32,000 bases of DNA from Methylorubrum extorquens (GCA_900234795.1 LT962688.1:3450001-3482000); one strand, 5' to 3'; shown: positions 1 through 8,312, counted from the first letter of the stretch. The notes: a model not told the origin generated them from the letters alone. Numbers and translations are program-made.

Positions 1-756
1 GAAACGGACCATACCATTGAAAGATGATATAGTCACTTCTCCGCCATTCATACATACGACGGTTTGAAGCAGGAAATCCAAGCCAATCCCTCTATTCCGC
101 GGGGTACTGCGCGTAGAGAAATCGACTTCAACGGCTTTCGCTATTGCTTGGTTGTCGGTCAGTCCTCTTACGACCTTTTCTACATTAGATGGAATTCCTA
201 CTCCAAAGTCAGCAATAGCAATCTTCACGCGCTTTAAGTTTGGAAAATGTTGAGCGAAAATGCTGCCGTTTTCTCTCGATGAGTGATCTTGTATGTTGAT
301 AAATATCTCGGACAGGCACGCTTGGAAGGGGTGCAGTGATGCTTTGCTTATCCCCAGAGTTGACGCAAGCCATGGTGTCAACTTCATCTGTATGAAGCTG
401 TGGCTTTCAGAATGCTCAACCCGTCGAAGGTGCTGAGTCGTTCCCCGAGGAGAGCTATATGGATAGACCTTCTTGCCCAGATGCTGTTCAAAGAACAAGG
501 AGTCATCAAGAAAGGCAATGCAGGCGGCTGGTCTATTGTAGTTGACAAAGCCGCACTTGATGCTTTTGTGATGCAGCCAATACACAAAATTACTGAGAAA
601 GGTGATGCCTGCCGGCTCAATAAAACCTAAAAAATGAAAATCAAGTATAACCTGGGCGGGAAGGGTTTCCCCGCATCTATTTATGAAATCTTGCACTACG
701 CCGCGTAGGGTATCGGTGTTCAGGCTGTAGGGAAGAGCAATTGTTATTTCTGACAT
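1..756 (-). CDS. Partial CDS (N-terminal 252 codons; C-terminus beyond the window): STAS-like N-terminal region fused to a GHKL/HATPase_c-type ATP-binding domain (RsbW/SpoIIAB-like)
   Basis: Hand translation of the minus strand from ATG 756..754 is open for 252 codons to position 1, in roughly 42% GC DNA where stops should be frequent. It reads MSEITIALPYSLNTDTLRGVVQDFINRCGETLPAQVILDFHFLGFIEPAGITFLSNFVYWL...LSEIFINIQDHS (N-box-like)...IAIADFGVGIP (G1, DxGxG)...RNRGIGLDFL (G2, GxGL). It is absent from the ORF track because it has no stop inside the window. Confidence 0.8.
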   Translation of the reverse strand, partial: MSEITIALPYSLNTDTLRGVVQDFINRCGETLPAQVILDFHFLGFIEPAGITFLSNFVYWLHHKSIKCGFVNYNRPAACIAFLDDSLFFEQHLGKKVYPYSSPRGTTQHLRRVEHSESHSFIQMKLTPWLASTLGISKASLHPFQACLSEIFINIQDHSSRENGSIFAQHFPNLKRVKIAIADFGVGIPSNVEKVVRGLTDNQAIAKAVEVDFSTRSTPRNRGIGLDFLLQTVVCMNGGEVTISSFNGMVRF

Positions 757-896
757 TTGGCGCCCCGTGTCGACGGGACGCTTATAGTGCTATGGGTCTA
801 CATGCTAGTGTTTCGTGGCAACATGGCTCTAAACCCTTTGCACGCACGGTCCGATCCGGTGATGCGAGCTGCCGTGTGGTGACTTCTTTGGAGTGT

Positions 897-1499
897 TCAG
901 CCCCGGTAGTCGGCCGTCCGCCGGAACCATATCAGCGGCGCGTCCCGGTGCATTCCCGGCAACGCTACGAGGTCAACGAGCTGCCCGTGCTGAACGTCGT
1001 CGGCGTCGCGTACCAGCTTCTCGGGGGGCGCAAGCCAAGGCGCATCAGCCGGCCGGCCAGGATTGGCAGCCTTGATCTGCTCGTTGCAGGCCATCACCCG
1101 CTGTAGGATCTCAGTGATCGCAGCGGCGTGCTTCGGGTACTCCTCACGAATGAGAGCCGCGCAAGCGTCCCGCTCCTTCACTGCCGCCTCATAAGCTAGG
1201 CGCCCTCGCTCCGCCGCCTCTGCCCGCTCCACTTCAGCGAGCTTCATGTTGAGCCGCGCGATGGATGAGGTCGTCCGCTCTTCCTCGAAGCCTAGCCGGT
1301 GATGCGCCTCACGGGCTCGATCGGCCTCTTCCAGGCTGGTGAGGGGATCGACCGCCGTCGCTTTGGCGGCGATCAGGTCGGCGCGGATGCGCTCCAGGTC
1401 GAGCTTGAGGTCGGAAATCAGCGCCGTGATCTGGCCGGATGTGCGGGACTCCGTGAGCGCCGCACGAACCTGATCCGTGAGGGGAAGAACCTGCTGCAT
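897..1499 (-). CDS. Hypothetical coiled-coil protein (about 200 aa); a scaffold-like role is possible but unproven
   Basis: The in-frame ATG at 1499..1497 overlaps the upstream TGA (1501..1499), which suggests translational coupling. The central part is Ala/Glu/Arg-rich and heptad-like (LEEADRAREAHHRLGFEEERTTSSIARLNMKLAEVERAEAAERGRLAYEAAVKER). Confidence 0.6.
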   Translation of the reverse strand: MQQVLPLTDQVRAALTESRTSGQITALISDLKLDLERIRADLIAAKATAVDPLTSLEEADRAREAHHRLGFEEERTTSSIARLNMKLAEVERAEAAERGRLAYEAAVKERDACAALIREEYPKHAAAITEILQRVMACNEQIKAANPGRPADAPWLAPPEKLVRDADDVQHGQLVDLVALPGMHRDAPLIWFRRTADYRG

Positions 1500-2557
1500 C
1501 ACTTGCCCTCCTGCCAAGCGTTGCGCTGCCGCTCGCACATGCGCTCGTACTCGGTCGCGGCATCGCCAAGCGGCTGAGCGTCATGGGTCTGAGGCATTGC
1601 CGCTGCGCCGGGTGCGGTACCCAGCGGTGTCCTCCAGGCGTTCGCCTGTTGCTCGTTCATCTCCGCTCGGGCACGGGCGCCAGCATCCCGATCGATGCCC
1701 GTGCTCACGCTGGTGTCGCCCTGCGCCCAGCGACCGAGAAGCGTCGCCTCAATGGCCGGGGCTTGGTCCGCAAGCGCCGTGAGGAAGTCGAAGCCGATCT
1801 TGGGAAGCCGAGCATCGCCCATGGTCGTGCGGCCCATCTGAGCGCCGTATTGCCACGACAGGTCGCGGGCACGCTGTCCGGCCTGCCGAACCCGGAATGT
1901 CTCGTTGGACTGAAGGTCGGCAATGATGGAGGCCACCTGCGCCGCCTCGGGTGATGGGATCGCGTCCATGAAGCCCATCGGGGGCGTGATGTTGTTGGCC
2001 ATGCTGTGCGTCCTCTGCTGAAGGTTGGTGGCGCTGTCGGAGATGCGGCACTCGGCGCCGGCCCGGCCCTTCGGGACCAAGGCCACGTGGTTCACGCGGA
2101 TGCCGCGCTGAACGGCGTCCCAGGTCTGTCCGTTCTCGCTGCCGGGGGTCCAGTCGAGCGAGCAATTATAGCCAACACTCAACTCTCGCGTGCCGGTCTC
2201 AAGCTGACGGATCGCGTCGGCGTCTTTCAGGATCAGCGGGATCGCGACGTACTCGCCATCACGCACGACGCCCTCGCCGACGTGCCCGACCGCGAAGCGT
2301 TTCCATGTGTCGGCCGTAACGCCGCCCGGCGGATGCCCGACCGTAATGGGGGCGCTGCCGTAGCTGTTGATGCTGGTGCGGTCGAAGACTTCCGCCTCGG
2401 GCCGCATCACGCGCACCACGCCCATCTCAGGCTTGCCGACTTCGGCGCCGGCATAGAGTTGCACGCCGAGACGGGCGGCCCGTGCCTCGGCCACAAGGTA
2501 GCCGTCGCCGGTCTTGCGACGTGTGCTGATAGGGGCGGCATCGAATAAATTGAGCAT
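1499..2557 (-). CDS. DUF2213-family phage protein (putative prohead protease/scaffold type), 352 aa
   Basis: The real start is most likely ATG 2557..2555 (MLNLFDAAPISTRRKTGDGYLVAEARAARLGVQLY...), preceded by GGAGA. The Arg-rich N-terminal 175 aa of track ORF 1499..3082 looks non-coding. The sequence resembles DUF2213/COG3566 phage proteins from memory. Confidence 0.75.
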   Translation of the reverse strand: MLNLFDAAPISTRRKTGDGYLVAEARAARLGVQLYAGAEVGKPEMGVVRVMRPEAEVFDRTSINSYGSAPITVGHPPGGVTADTWKRFAVGHVGEGVVRDGEYVAIPLILKDADAIRQLETGTRELSVGYNCSLDWTPGSENGQTWDAVQRGIRVNHVALVPKGRAGAECRISDSATNLQQRTHSMANNITPPMGFMDAIPSPEAAQVASIIADLQSNETFRVRQAGQRARDLSWQYGAQMGRTTMGDARLPKIGFDFLTALADQAPAIEATLLGRWAQGDTSVSTGIDRDAGARARAEMNEQQANAWRTPLGTAPGAAAMPQTHDAQPLGDAATEYERMCERQRNAWQEGK

Positions 2558-2565
2558 GGGATCTC

Positions 2566-2952
2566 CTATGGCGCCGTCATGCTGCCGGTCGGCGTGAGGT
2601 TCGTCTTGGTGATGCTCGGCCCTAGCGAGGAGAGCGCGTTCATGGTGCCCTGAGCCGCCGCCTGAGCTACGCCCGGCACGCCGTTGACGGTCTGGTTCAC
2701 CGTCACGCTCTGCTGCCTTTGATCGTTGCCGGTGTTCGTGTTGTTCGTGATGTTCTGGACGGTTTGAGAGGCCGACTTGTTGGCCCAATCGAGCCCCTTC
2801 GCTCCGCCGATGCCGAACGTGCCGGCGCTGAAGCTCGGTGTGTTGTCGCCCGTCGAGCCGAGATTGCCGTAGCCGAGGCTCAGTCCCCTTCTTCGTCCGC
2901 CAAGCGTTCGGAATGCCCGCCCCGGCACTCGGCAAGAATGATCGCCGAGCAT
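2566..2952 (-). CDS. Hypothetical Gly/Asn/Thr-rich protein; start undefined; may be the displaced C-terminal part of the tape-measure protein
   Basis: Third-position GC is very high from about 2885 down to the stop at 2566 (LSLGYGNLGSTGDNTPSFSAGTFGIGGAKGLDWANKSASQTVQNITNNTNTGN...). There is no ATG/GTG/TTG with an SD near the point where the coding signal begins. The candidates, ATG 2952 and GTG 2928, are both weak. Confidence 0.5.
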   Translation of the reverse strand: MLGDHSCRVPGRAFRTLGGRRRGLSLGYGNLGSTGDNTPSFSAGTFGIGGAKGLDWANKSASQTVQNITNNTNTGNDQRQQSVTVNQTVNGVPGVAQAAAQGTMNALSSLGPSITKTNLTPTGSMTAP

Positions 2953-4475
2953 CCATCGGCGGGGCGGCTCCGAACCGCTCGGCGAAGGTCGCTGCCGCAA
3001 CCGCTCGGGCCGCTGGTTTGTCGTCCAGATGGCCCAGGCCGGGGGAGGTCGTCAGAGAAGTTGCTGGCCTTGGCGGTCGCATTACCCTTCTTGTCGTCGA
3101 TGTAGTCGAGCGCCTTGTTCAGCTTCTCAGCCCCGTAGCCGAGAGCCTGCTTCATCGGATCACCGATGCGCTTGAGCAGCACGTCCAGTTGCTGAGTCGA
3201 TTGGTCGATCTTCGACACGTCGTTTTGAAGCTGCTCGGCGAACTGCGTCAGGACCGTGCCGCCGTATTGCTTCTGATCGTTGAACTTGTCGCGGTACTCA
3301 GCCATCTTGCCGACCGCGTTGGACATGCGCTCAACATCGTCCTGCCGAGTGGCGCCAAAGATGCCAGTCAGTACCTCGGCCTTCTTCATCGGGTCTTTGA
3401 TGGACTGGATCTTCTCAAGGAACTTAATCGCTGTTTCCATCGGCGCCTTGACGAACGCTTTACGCAGCTTGTCGGAGTTGTGTCCGAGCTTCGCCAGCCC
3501 ATCGTCGGCGCCCTTGGAATACTCTTCGCCGAGCTTGAGGAAGTTGATGAAAGCCTCCATGCCCGAGGCTGCGATTTCTGTCTGAACGCCGCGCTCTTTG
3601 AGGCTGGCGCCAAAAGCTAGAAGGTCGCCTGTCGTCATGCCCGCCGTCTTCGCGGTCGATCCGACCCGGCGAACGATTTCCAGCAAGTCCGTCTCTCGGG
3701 AGGCAGAACTATCGGCCGCGAAATTGATCTGGTCGCCGATCTCTTCGATGCGCTTTTGGTCGGCCTCGTAGATGTTGCCGATCTCAGCGAGCGACTGGCC
3801 GGTTGCCTCGGGTGTCGTCTGCCATGCCGTCGAAGCCATGGCGCCATATCTCGTGAACTGTAGCAGTTCGTTCTTCGGGCGGCCGGAAAAGCCGGCCTGC
3901 GCCATCATCCCGGCCAAACCTTCCTTGTTCTGGCCGGTGTCGCGGGCGAGGCGCAGTAAGTCCTTCTCGTACTGAGCACGCTCTGCCTGCGTGGCATCGG
4001 TCGCCTTGGTCACCTCGATCATGGCGCGCTCGAAGTCCATGGACGATCCGAGCGCCCGCGACGCGACACGCCCACCGCCGTAGGCAGCGGCAGCCGCTAC
4101 GCCAGCCCGTCCCAAGCCTACGCCAGAACCAGCGGCAGCTGCGTCGAGGAGATGCCCGCCCCGACCGGGGCCGGGATGGCGGGTCGGGCTGTAAGCGCCC
4201 CCTGGCCCACCGGGTCCGAATGCACCCGGCTTGAAGCGGACACGGGATGCCTTCTCGGCCTCGATCCGCATATTGCGCAGCGCCTTGGCAGCACGCTCGG
4301 CATCAGACGCCACGCGGTTGAGACCTGCGTTCCGGCCGGTCAGACCAGTGTCGAGCCCACGCCCGGCATCCTTCGCCGCCTTGCGGGCCTGCTCCAAGGT
4401 CTTGATAAACTTCTGCGCATCAGAGAGGCCGCGAACCCGAAAGCCGAGCGCTCCTACAAGTTCCTCGACTATCAA
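2880..4475 (-). CDS. Phage tail tape-measure protein (TP901-family core region); C-terminal about 60 codons doubtful
   Basis: TTG start at 4475 overlaps the upstream TGA. The core ...MIEVTKATDATQAERAQYEKDLLRLARDTGQNKEGLAGMMAQAGFSG...INFAADSSASRETDLLEIVRRVGSTAKTAGMTTGDLLAFGASLKERGVQTEIAASGMEAFINFL is typical of the PhageMin_Tail/TP901 TMP core. The tail of the ORF (PRPGPSGRQTSGPSGCGSDLRRAVRSRP...) looks non-coding. Confidence 0.8.
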   Translation of the reverse strand: MIVEELVGALGFRVRGLSDAQKFIKTLEQARKAAKDAGRGLDTGLTGRNAGLNRVASDAERAAKALRNMRIEAEKASRVRFKPGAFGPGGPGGAYSPTRHPGPGRGGHLLDAAAAGSGVGLGRAGVAAAAAYGGGRVASRALGSSMDFERAMIEVTKATDATQAERAQYEKDLLRLARDTGQNKEGLAGMMAQAGFSGRPKNELLQFTRYGAMASTAWQTTPEATGQSLAEIGNIYEADQKRIEEIGDQINFAADSSASRETDLLEIVRRVGSTAKTAGMTTGDLLAFGASLKERGVQTEIAASGMEAFINFLKLGEEYSKGADDGLAKLGHNSDKLRKAFVKAPMETAIKFLEKIQSIKDPMKKAEVLTGIFGATRQDDVERMSNAVGKMAEYRDKFNDQKQYGGTVLTQFAEQLQNDVSKIDQSTQQLDVLLKRIGDPMKQALGYGAEKLNKALDYIDDKKGNATAKASNFSDDLPRPGPSGRQTSGPSGCGSDLRRAVRSRPADGCSAIILAECRGGHSERLADEEGD

Positions 4476-4741
4476 CGGCGGCCCCTCCGGTTTTTAGCTT
4501 CCCTTTGCTGCTCCACGCGCGCCTTGGCCTTGTCCAGAATGACCCCGCGAAGTTCTAGGATCTCATGGAAGTTGGCGAGGTCGTTCAGCGTGTAGACCGT
4601 GCGCAGCTGATGCAGCTCGCACAGCGGTGGGTCGGCGAACCCAGGCGTCGGCCTGAAAAGGTACATCCTATCCGCCACGTTCGGCGCGACGGCTCGGAAG
4701 TCGCGATCCGTAAGCAACGGCTTCTCGCTCGTGTTGGCCAT
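4472..4741 (-). CDS. Hypothetical phage protein, gpT-like position (second tail assembly chaperone-like gene), 89 aa
   Basis: ATG 4741..4739 (MANTSEKPLLTDRDF...) lies 2 nt after the upstream TAG. The gene sits directly upstream of the tape measure, as G/T chaperones do in siphovirus-type modules. Confidence 0.55.
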   Translation of the reverse strand: MANTSEKPLLTDRDFRAVAPNVADRMYLFRPTPGFADPPLCELHQLRTVYTLNDLANFHEILELRGVILDKAKARVEQQREAKNRRGRR

Positions 4742-4743
4742 GC

Positions 4744-5115
4744 CTAGCGAGCCACTAGGCTTTCGGCCAAAAAATCCTTGAACTGAACCTCCATCGCGAA
4801 CCACGCGACCTTGATGACTTCCGCCATCTTCTCGGGCTTGACGCCGATGATGCATGGATCACTGCCGACGCGGCAGGTTTGAACAAGCTCTGTCAGAAGC
4901 TCCTTAGTCTCTTGGCGGTCGAGGTCGTCGCTGAAGACGAGAGCCATGAAGCTGCCCGGCGCGTCGTCGGTGCTGCCGCCGTTGGCGATGAGACCCATCA
5001 ACTCGGGTGCGGATTTGAAGACCTTCGTCACGCGCAGGAACAGGTCTAGGCCCTGCTCGGCGGGCAGTTGCTCCGCCCGATAGACGTTGCCGCCGATCTT
5101 TCGCTCTGCCGCCAT
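4744..5115 (-). CDS. Putative phage tail assembly chaperone, 123 aa
   Basis: ATG 5115..5113 (MAAERKIGGNVYRAEQLPAEQGLDLFLRVTKVF...) lies 1 nt after the upstream TGA. The protein is acidic and small, and it occupies the gpG-like position upstream of the TMP. Confidence 0.55.
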   Translation of the reverse strand: MAAERKIGGNVYRAEQLPAEQGLDLFLRVTKVFKSAPELMGLIANGGSTDDAPGSFMALVFSDDLDRQETKELLTELVQTCRVGSDPCIIGVKPEKMAEVIKVAWFAMEVQFKDFLAESLVAR

Positions 5116-5116
5116 G

Positions 5117-5317
5117 TCAGGCTTTCTCCCCGTCCGTCGCCATGCTGACGCGATGCGCCACGGCTCGCCGCACGAACTCGGCGACACTCACCTTCTCAGC
5201 CTCAGCCGCCTGCTTCACGACAGCCGGGAAGCCGCGCGGGACAGTGACGGACAGTCGTTCCGGGTAGAGGCCGCGCCCGTCGTTGAATGATGGCGCTGGG
5301 AGGCTCATCGAAATCAT
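5117..5317 (-). CDS. Ribbon-helix-helix (CopG/Arc-type) DNA-binding protein, 66 aa
   Basis: The segment RLSVTVPRGFPAVVKQAAEAEKVSVAEFVRRAVAHRV fits the beta-strand, helix, helix pattern of RHH proteins. Confidence 0.6.
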   Translation of the reverse strand: MISMSLPAPSFNDGRGLYPERLSVTVPRGFPAVVKQAAEAEKVSVAEFVRRAVAHRVSMATDGEKA

Positions 5318-5402
5318 GATGCCAGCATGACGCGCTAAGCGCTGATCTGGAATATCAAGTCCGCCGGATTTGCCGACTTCGCCGAAAGTGCTGATCTTTC
5401 TT

Positions 5403-5684
5403 TCAATGAACGTTGGTCAGCCTGCGGAAATAGGCGGCCACAGGCTCGGCGGCGCGCTCGCCCATGAGGTAGGCGGAGAGGGCCGCGGTGTCGTTCTCAA
5501 GCAGCATCAGCAGGGCGACGCGGGAGATCACCCATTCTCCGGCTACGCGGCGGCCGATGTCGAACTTGGCAGCCCATTCCCGCATCGTACGCGGGTTCCG
5601 CCGGGCGAAGCGGGCGGCCTCTGCCACGGACATCGCCTCGGCGGGGTTCCACGGGATCAGGACGCGGGGAACGGGGCGCATCAC
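5403..5684 (-). CDS. Helix-turn-helix DNA-binding protein (excisionase/MerR-like HTH_17 type), 93 aa
   Basis: MSVAEAARFARRNPRTMREWAAKFDIGRRVAGEWVISRVAL resembles excisionase-family HTH domains. The start overlaps the terL stop (ATGA, 5681..5684). Confidence 0.55.
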   Translation of the reverse strand: MMRPVPRVLIPWNPAEAMSVAEAARFARRNPRTMREWAAKFDIGRRVAGEWVISRVALLMLLENDTAALSAYLMGERAAEPVAAYFRRLTNVH

Positions 5685-7093
5685 AGCAGATCGTGGACAG
5701 GGATAGGGCGGTTGCCGATGCCGACGAGCACGCCGGCTGCCGCGTTGATCACGTCGTCATGTCCGTTGGCAGGATGGTCGATCGTGTCGCGCCCCCCCCA
5801 GGCCGTGCGCCGTTCCAAGCCGAGGAGCTGTTTGCGCAGAAGACCATCCTCCAAGAGGCAGACCTTGCGGCTGTTCAGCAGCGGCAGGAACTCGGCATAG
5901 ATCGCGCTCTTCGGCTTGTCGGACCGCTCGTAGGCGATGCCGTTCTTGAGCATCATCTCCTTCGGCCACTCACTCGCGTAGTTGTCGCCGACGATGCGAT
6001 AGACGCCGTAGCGCTTGAGGATCGCCGCGAACTGCTCGCAGGCCCCTTCCGGCGAGAACGGCGGAGCGATGGCCGCCACGAGGTCGAGCATCGCCCTCCC
6101 ATCTCGATCCCGATGCCCGATGGCCAGCGTCATGCTGTCCTGACCTGAGCCGCCTGCCGGATCGATGAACGCGCTGTAGGTCGTGAACGGCTGCGGTTCG
6201 CGCGCCGCCACGCCCGGATCGGTGCAGGCGTCCACCACCTCCGCACTCACGAAGTCGGAGATGCCTTCGCGGAACTGCGCACCGAACTCAGCCTTGGCTG
6301 CCTCCGGGTCCTGCCGGTAGGCTCGCGCGACCTCGCGCTCGACCTGCGGGGTCCGGTGCATGGTCAGCGTCGGCGCTTGGATCACGAGGATGCGTGGATC
6401 TCCGTTCGGTCCGAAGTCCCGGCGGAAGGCAGCATACAGCTCGCCCCTCTTGGCGTAGGGGCTCGACAGCACGAACAAGGGGCCGCCCAGCGTCATCAGG
6501 CCGGGACGGATGGCGCGCAGGATCTCCTTGTCGGGATTGGCCGCATTCTCGATCTGCCAGAAGGCGATCTCGTCGCAGACCGCCGCCACGAGAGTCGGGC
6601 CGCGCACCGTTTTGAAGTTGGCGGCCGTCACTACGATGTCGATGCGGTTCACCAGCCGGATCGTGTCCTGTGTGGCCTCGCCCTCCATCAGGTCGGCGAA
6701 CATCGGCACCTCGGTGAAGATGCCGAGCAGGTAGCGGAATGCCTCCGTGGCCTGATCCTTCGAGGCGGCCATCACCGGCAGCCTGCCGCGCTGACCCGGC
6801 GCGAAGCGGCCCTCGTAGTCGATGCAGGCGGCCATGTAGGCGGCAGCGACGGCGAAGGCGCGGGTCTTGCCGCCCCGACGGCCCACCACGCCCCAAACCT
6901 CGTCACAGGGCTCGGCAGGCTCACGCTCGCGGCCGGTCAACTCCGTGAATATGATGCGCTCGTCGTCCGTCAGCGGCTCGCCTTGGCTGGCGATGAGCAC
7001 GACCCGCCATGCATTCCACGTCTCGCCCGGCAGGACGGCGCCGAGGATGTCCGGATCGGATAAGGCTTGCCGCATGGTGCAGATGCGGTTCAT
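5681..7093 (-). CDS. terL: Phage terminase large subunit, 470 aa
   Basis: Walker A-like GRRGGKTRA, Walker B-like AAVCDEIAFW, and C-terminal nuclease motifs FIDPAGGSGQDS and HPANGHDDVINAAAG. Confidence 0.9.
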   Translation of the reverse strand: MNRICTMRQALSDPDILGAVLPGETWNAWRVVLIASQGEPLTDDERIIFTELTGREREPAEPCDEVWGVVGRRGGKTRAFAVAAAYMAACIDYEGRFAPGQRGRLPVMAASKDQATEAFRYLLGIFTEVPMFADLMEGEATQDTIRLVNRIDIVVTAANFKTVRGPTLVAAVCDEIAFWQIENAANPDKEILRAIRPGLMTLGGPLFVLSSPYAKRGELYAAFRRDFGPNGDPRILVIQAPTLTMHRTPQVEREVARAYRQDPEAAKAEFGAQFREGISDFVSAEVVDACTDPGVAAREPQPFTTYSAFIDPAGGSGQDSMTLAIGHRDRDGRAMLDLVAAIAPPFSPEGACEQFAAILKRYGVYRIVGDNYASEWPKEMMLKNGIAYERSDKPKSAIYAEFLPLLNSRKVCLLEDGLLRKQLLGLERRTAWGGRDTIDHPANGHDDVINAAAGVLVGIGNRPIPVHDLL

Positions 7094-7461
7094 GCGCAGC
7101 CCCCGCCGGCCAGGTGCTGACGCAGGCTCTTCCGCTCAGGGGCCTTCGGCGGTCCCATCATCCGCATCTGGCGCGCCATGCGGTCGCCAATCTGACCCAT
7201 GGCTTCCGGATCTACTCGTTCACCACGCGCCAGGGCTGAGTGCATGCGATCGCGCATGATGGCGAGGCCGGCATAGGTGCGAACGGCTTCGGTCTGAGCG
7301 ACCGTCAGAGCTTCACGCCCACCACGCTCCGCCGTCAGGTCGGCGATGAGATCGGCATAGCGGCGCCCGACCTCGGATCGGCCGTCTACCTCGCCGAGGA
7401 AGAGCGCAGTGCCGTTCGAGACCGCCGAGCGTACCTTCGCGGATCGCTTAGGCTTGATCAT
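7090..7461 (-). CDS. Hypothetical protein; a small terminase subunit is possible from position only
   Basis: The stop overlaps the terL start (ATGA). It encodes a 123-aa basic, helical protein. No motif was recognised. Confidence 0.5.
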   Translation of the reverse strand: MIKPKRSAKVRSAVSNGTALFLGEVDGRSEVGRRYADLIADLTAERGGREALTVAQTEAVRTYAGLAIMRDRMHSALARGERVDPEAMGQIGDRMARQMRMMGPPKAPERKSLRQHLAGGGCA

Positions 7462-7855
7462 GCGCGGAGCCCTCCGCAGCCGCTAAGGCCGCGCCGCCGG
7501 CCGCGACAAAGGCCAAGATCCGGCCAAGGGCATTCTCGGGAAGATCGCAGCCTTTGCTCTTCAGGATACGGATGATCGGCACGTGCTCCGGATGGGGCGG
7601 GTCATCATCAGGGTCGGCCGACGCCTTTGAGACGGGCTCGCGTCGAGTCAGGCGATCAAAATGCTCAGACAGAGCCTTGATGGTGCCGATCGCGATGGCC
7701 TCGGCATGCTCAGCAGCAAGCGGCTTGCCCGTGTGGTCTACGCTGGCTTGCTGGACGGCGCGGTAGACCGCCCCTTCCATGTCCTCAGGGGACGCCTTCG
7801 GTGAGTAGAGGCGGGCTGCACGGGCCGCTGCAAAGTCGAGGGGCATGTCGGTCAC
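7448..7855 (-). CDS. Hypothetical phage/island protein, 135 aa
   Basis: Same-strand operon member that overlaps its neighbours. The codon bias looks coding. Confidence 0.5.
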   Translation of the reverse strand: MTDMPLDFAAARAARLYSPKASPEDMEGAVYRAVQQASVDHTGKPLAAEHAEAIAIGTIKALSEHFDRLTRREPVSKASADPDDDPPHPEHVPIIRILKSKGCDLPENALGRILAFVAAGGAALAAAEGSAHDQA

Positions 7856-8061
7856 GCCACTGCCTCCACATCCTCGAACACGGCCAGATGGCGAACGGTG
7901 GCGTCGCCGATGGCGTCGAAGGCGGCTTCCACCAGAGCGGCAGCATGATCCGGTTCGAGTGGTTGGCCGGTTAGGTCGAGGAATGTGCGCTGCACCGCCT
8001 CGCGGGCGATGTCAGCAAGCGGCCTCGGCTGATCACTCATGGATGTCTCCGCATGCGCCAT
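7852..8061 (-). CDS. Hypothetical phage/island protein, 69 aa; first gene of the leftward operon
   Basis: ATGA overlap with the next gene. It is preceded by a 250-bp lower-GC intergenic region. Confidence 0.45.
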   Translation of the reverse strand: MAHAETSMSDQPRPLADIAREAVQRTFLDLTGQPLEPDHAAALVEAAFDAIGDATVRHLAVFEDVEAVA

Positions 8062-8312
8062 TAAAGGTCGCGATCGTCCTCGGCTTGACCGCGCAGGGTA
8101 CCGTCGAGGCCCGCGGAGCCGAGGTTCCCGTTGTCGGGCGGATCGCGTCGCCCTCTCCCACTTGGACCTCGGAAGCTAACTTAGCGAATACTGTGGCTTT
8201 GTCACCGTTGTGGCTTGTTATGGCTCGTTATAACAATCGCCACCAAAAGAGATGCCGACCTATATTTTTGTGCCATGTTCGTGGCAACTTCGTCGTTAAT
8301 TGGGGGGAGCAC

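Noticed and set aside
1499-3082. Track ORF of 527 aa spanning the DUF2213 gene plus 175 extra N-terminal residues
   Set aside because: The N-terminal part is Arg/His/Pro-rich nonsense and overlaps the better-supported Gly/Asn-rich ORF. An internal ATG at 2557 with a GGAGA SD gives the canonical MLNLFD... start.
8270-8290. Sigma54-type promoter suggested by the TGGCA elements
   Set aside because: No TGGCAC-N5-TTGC arrangement exists on either strand. It is only a short TGCCA/TGGCA dyad.
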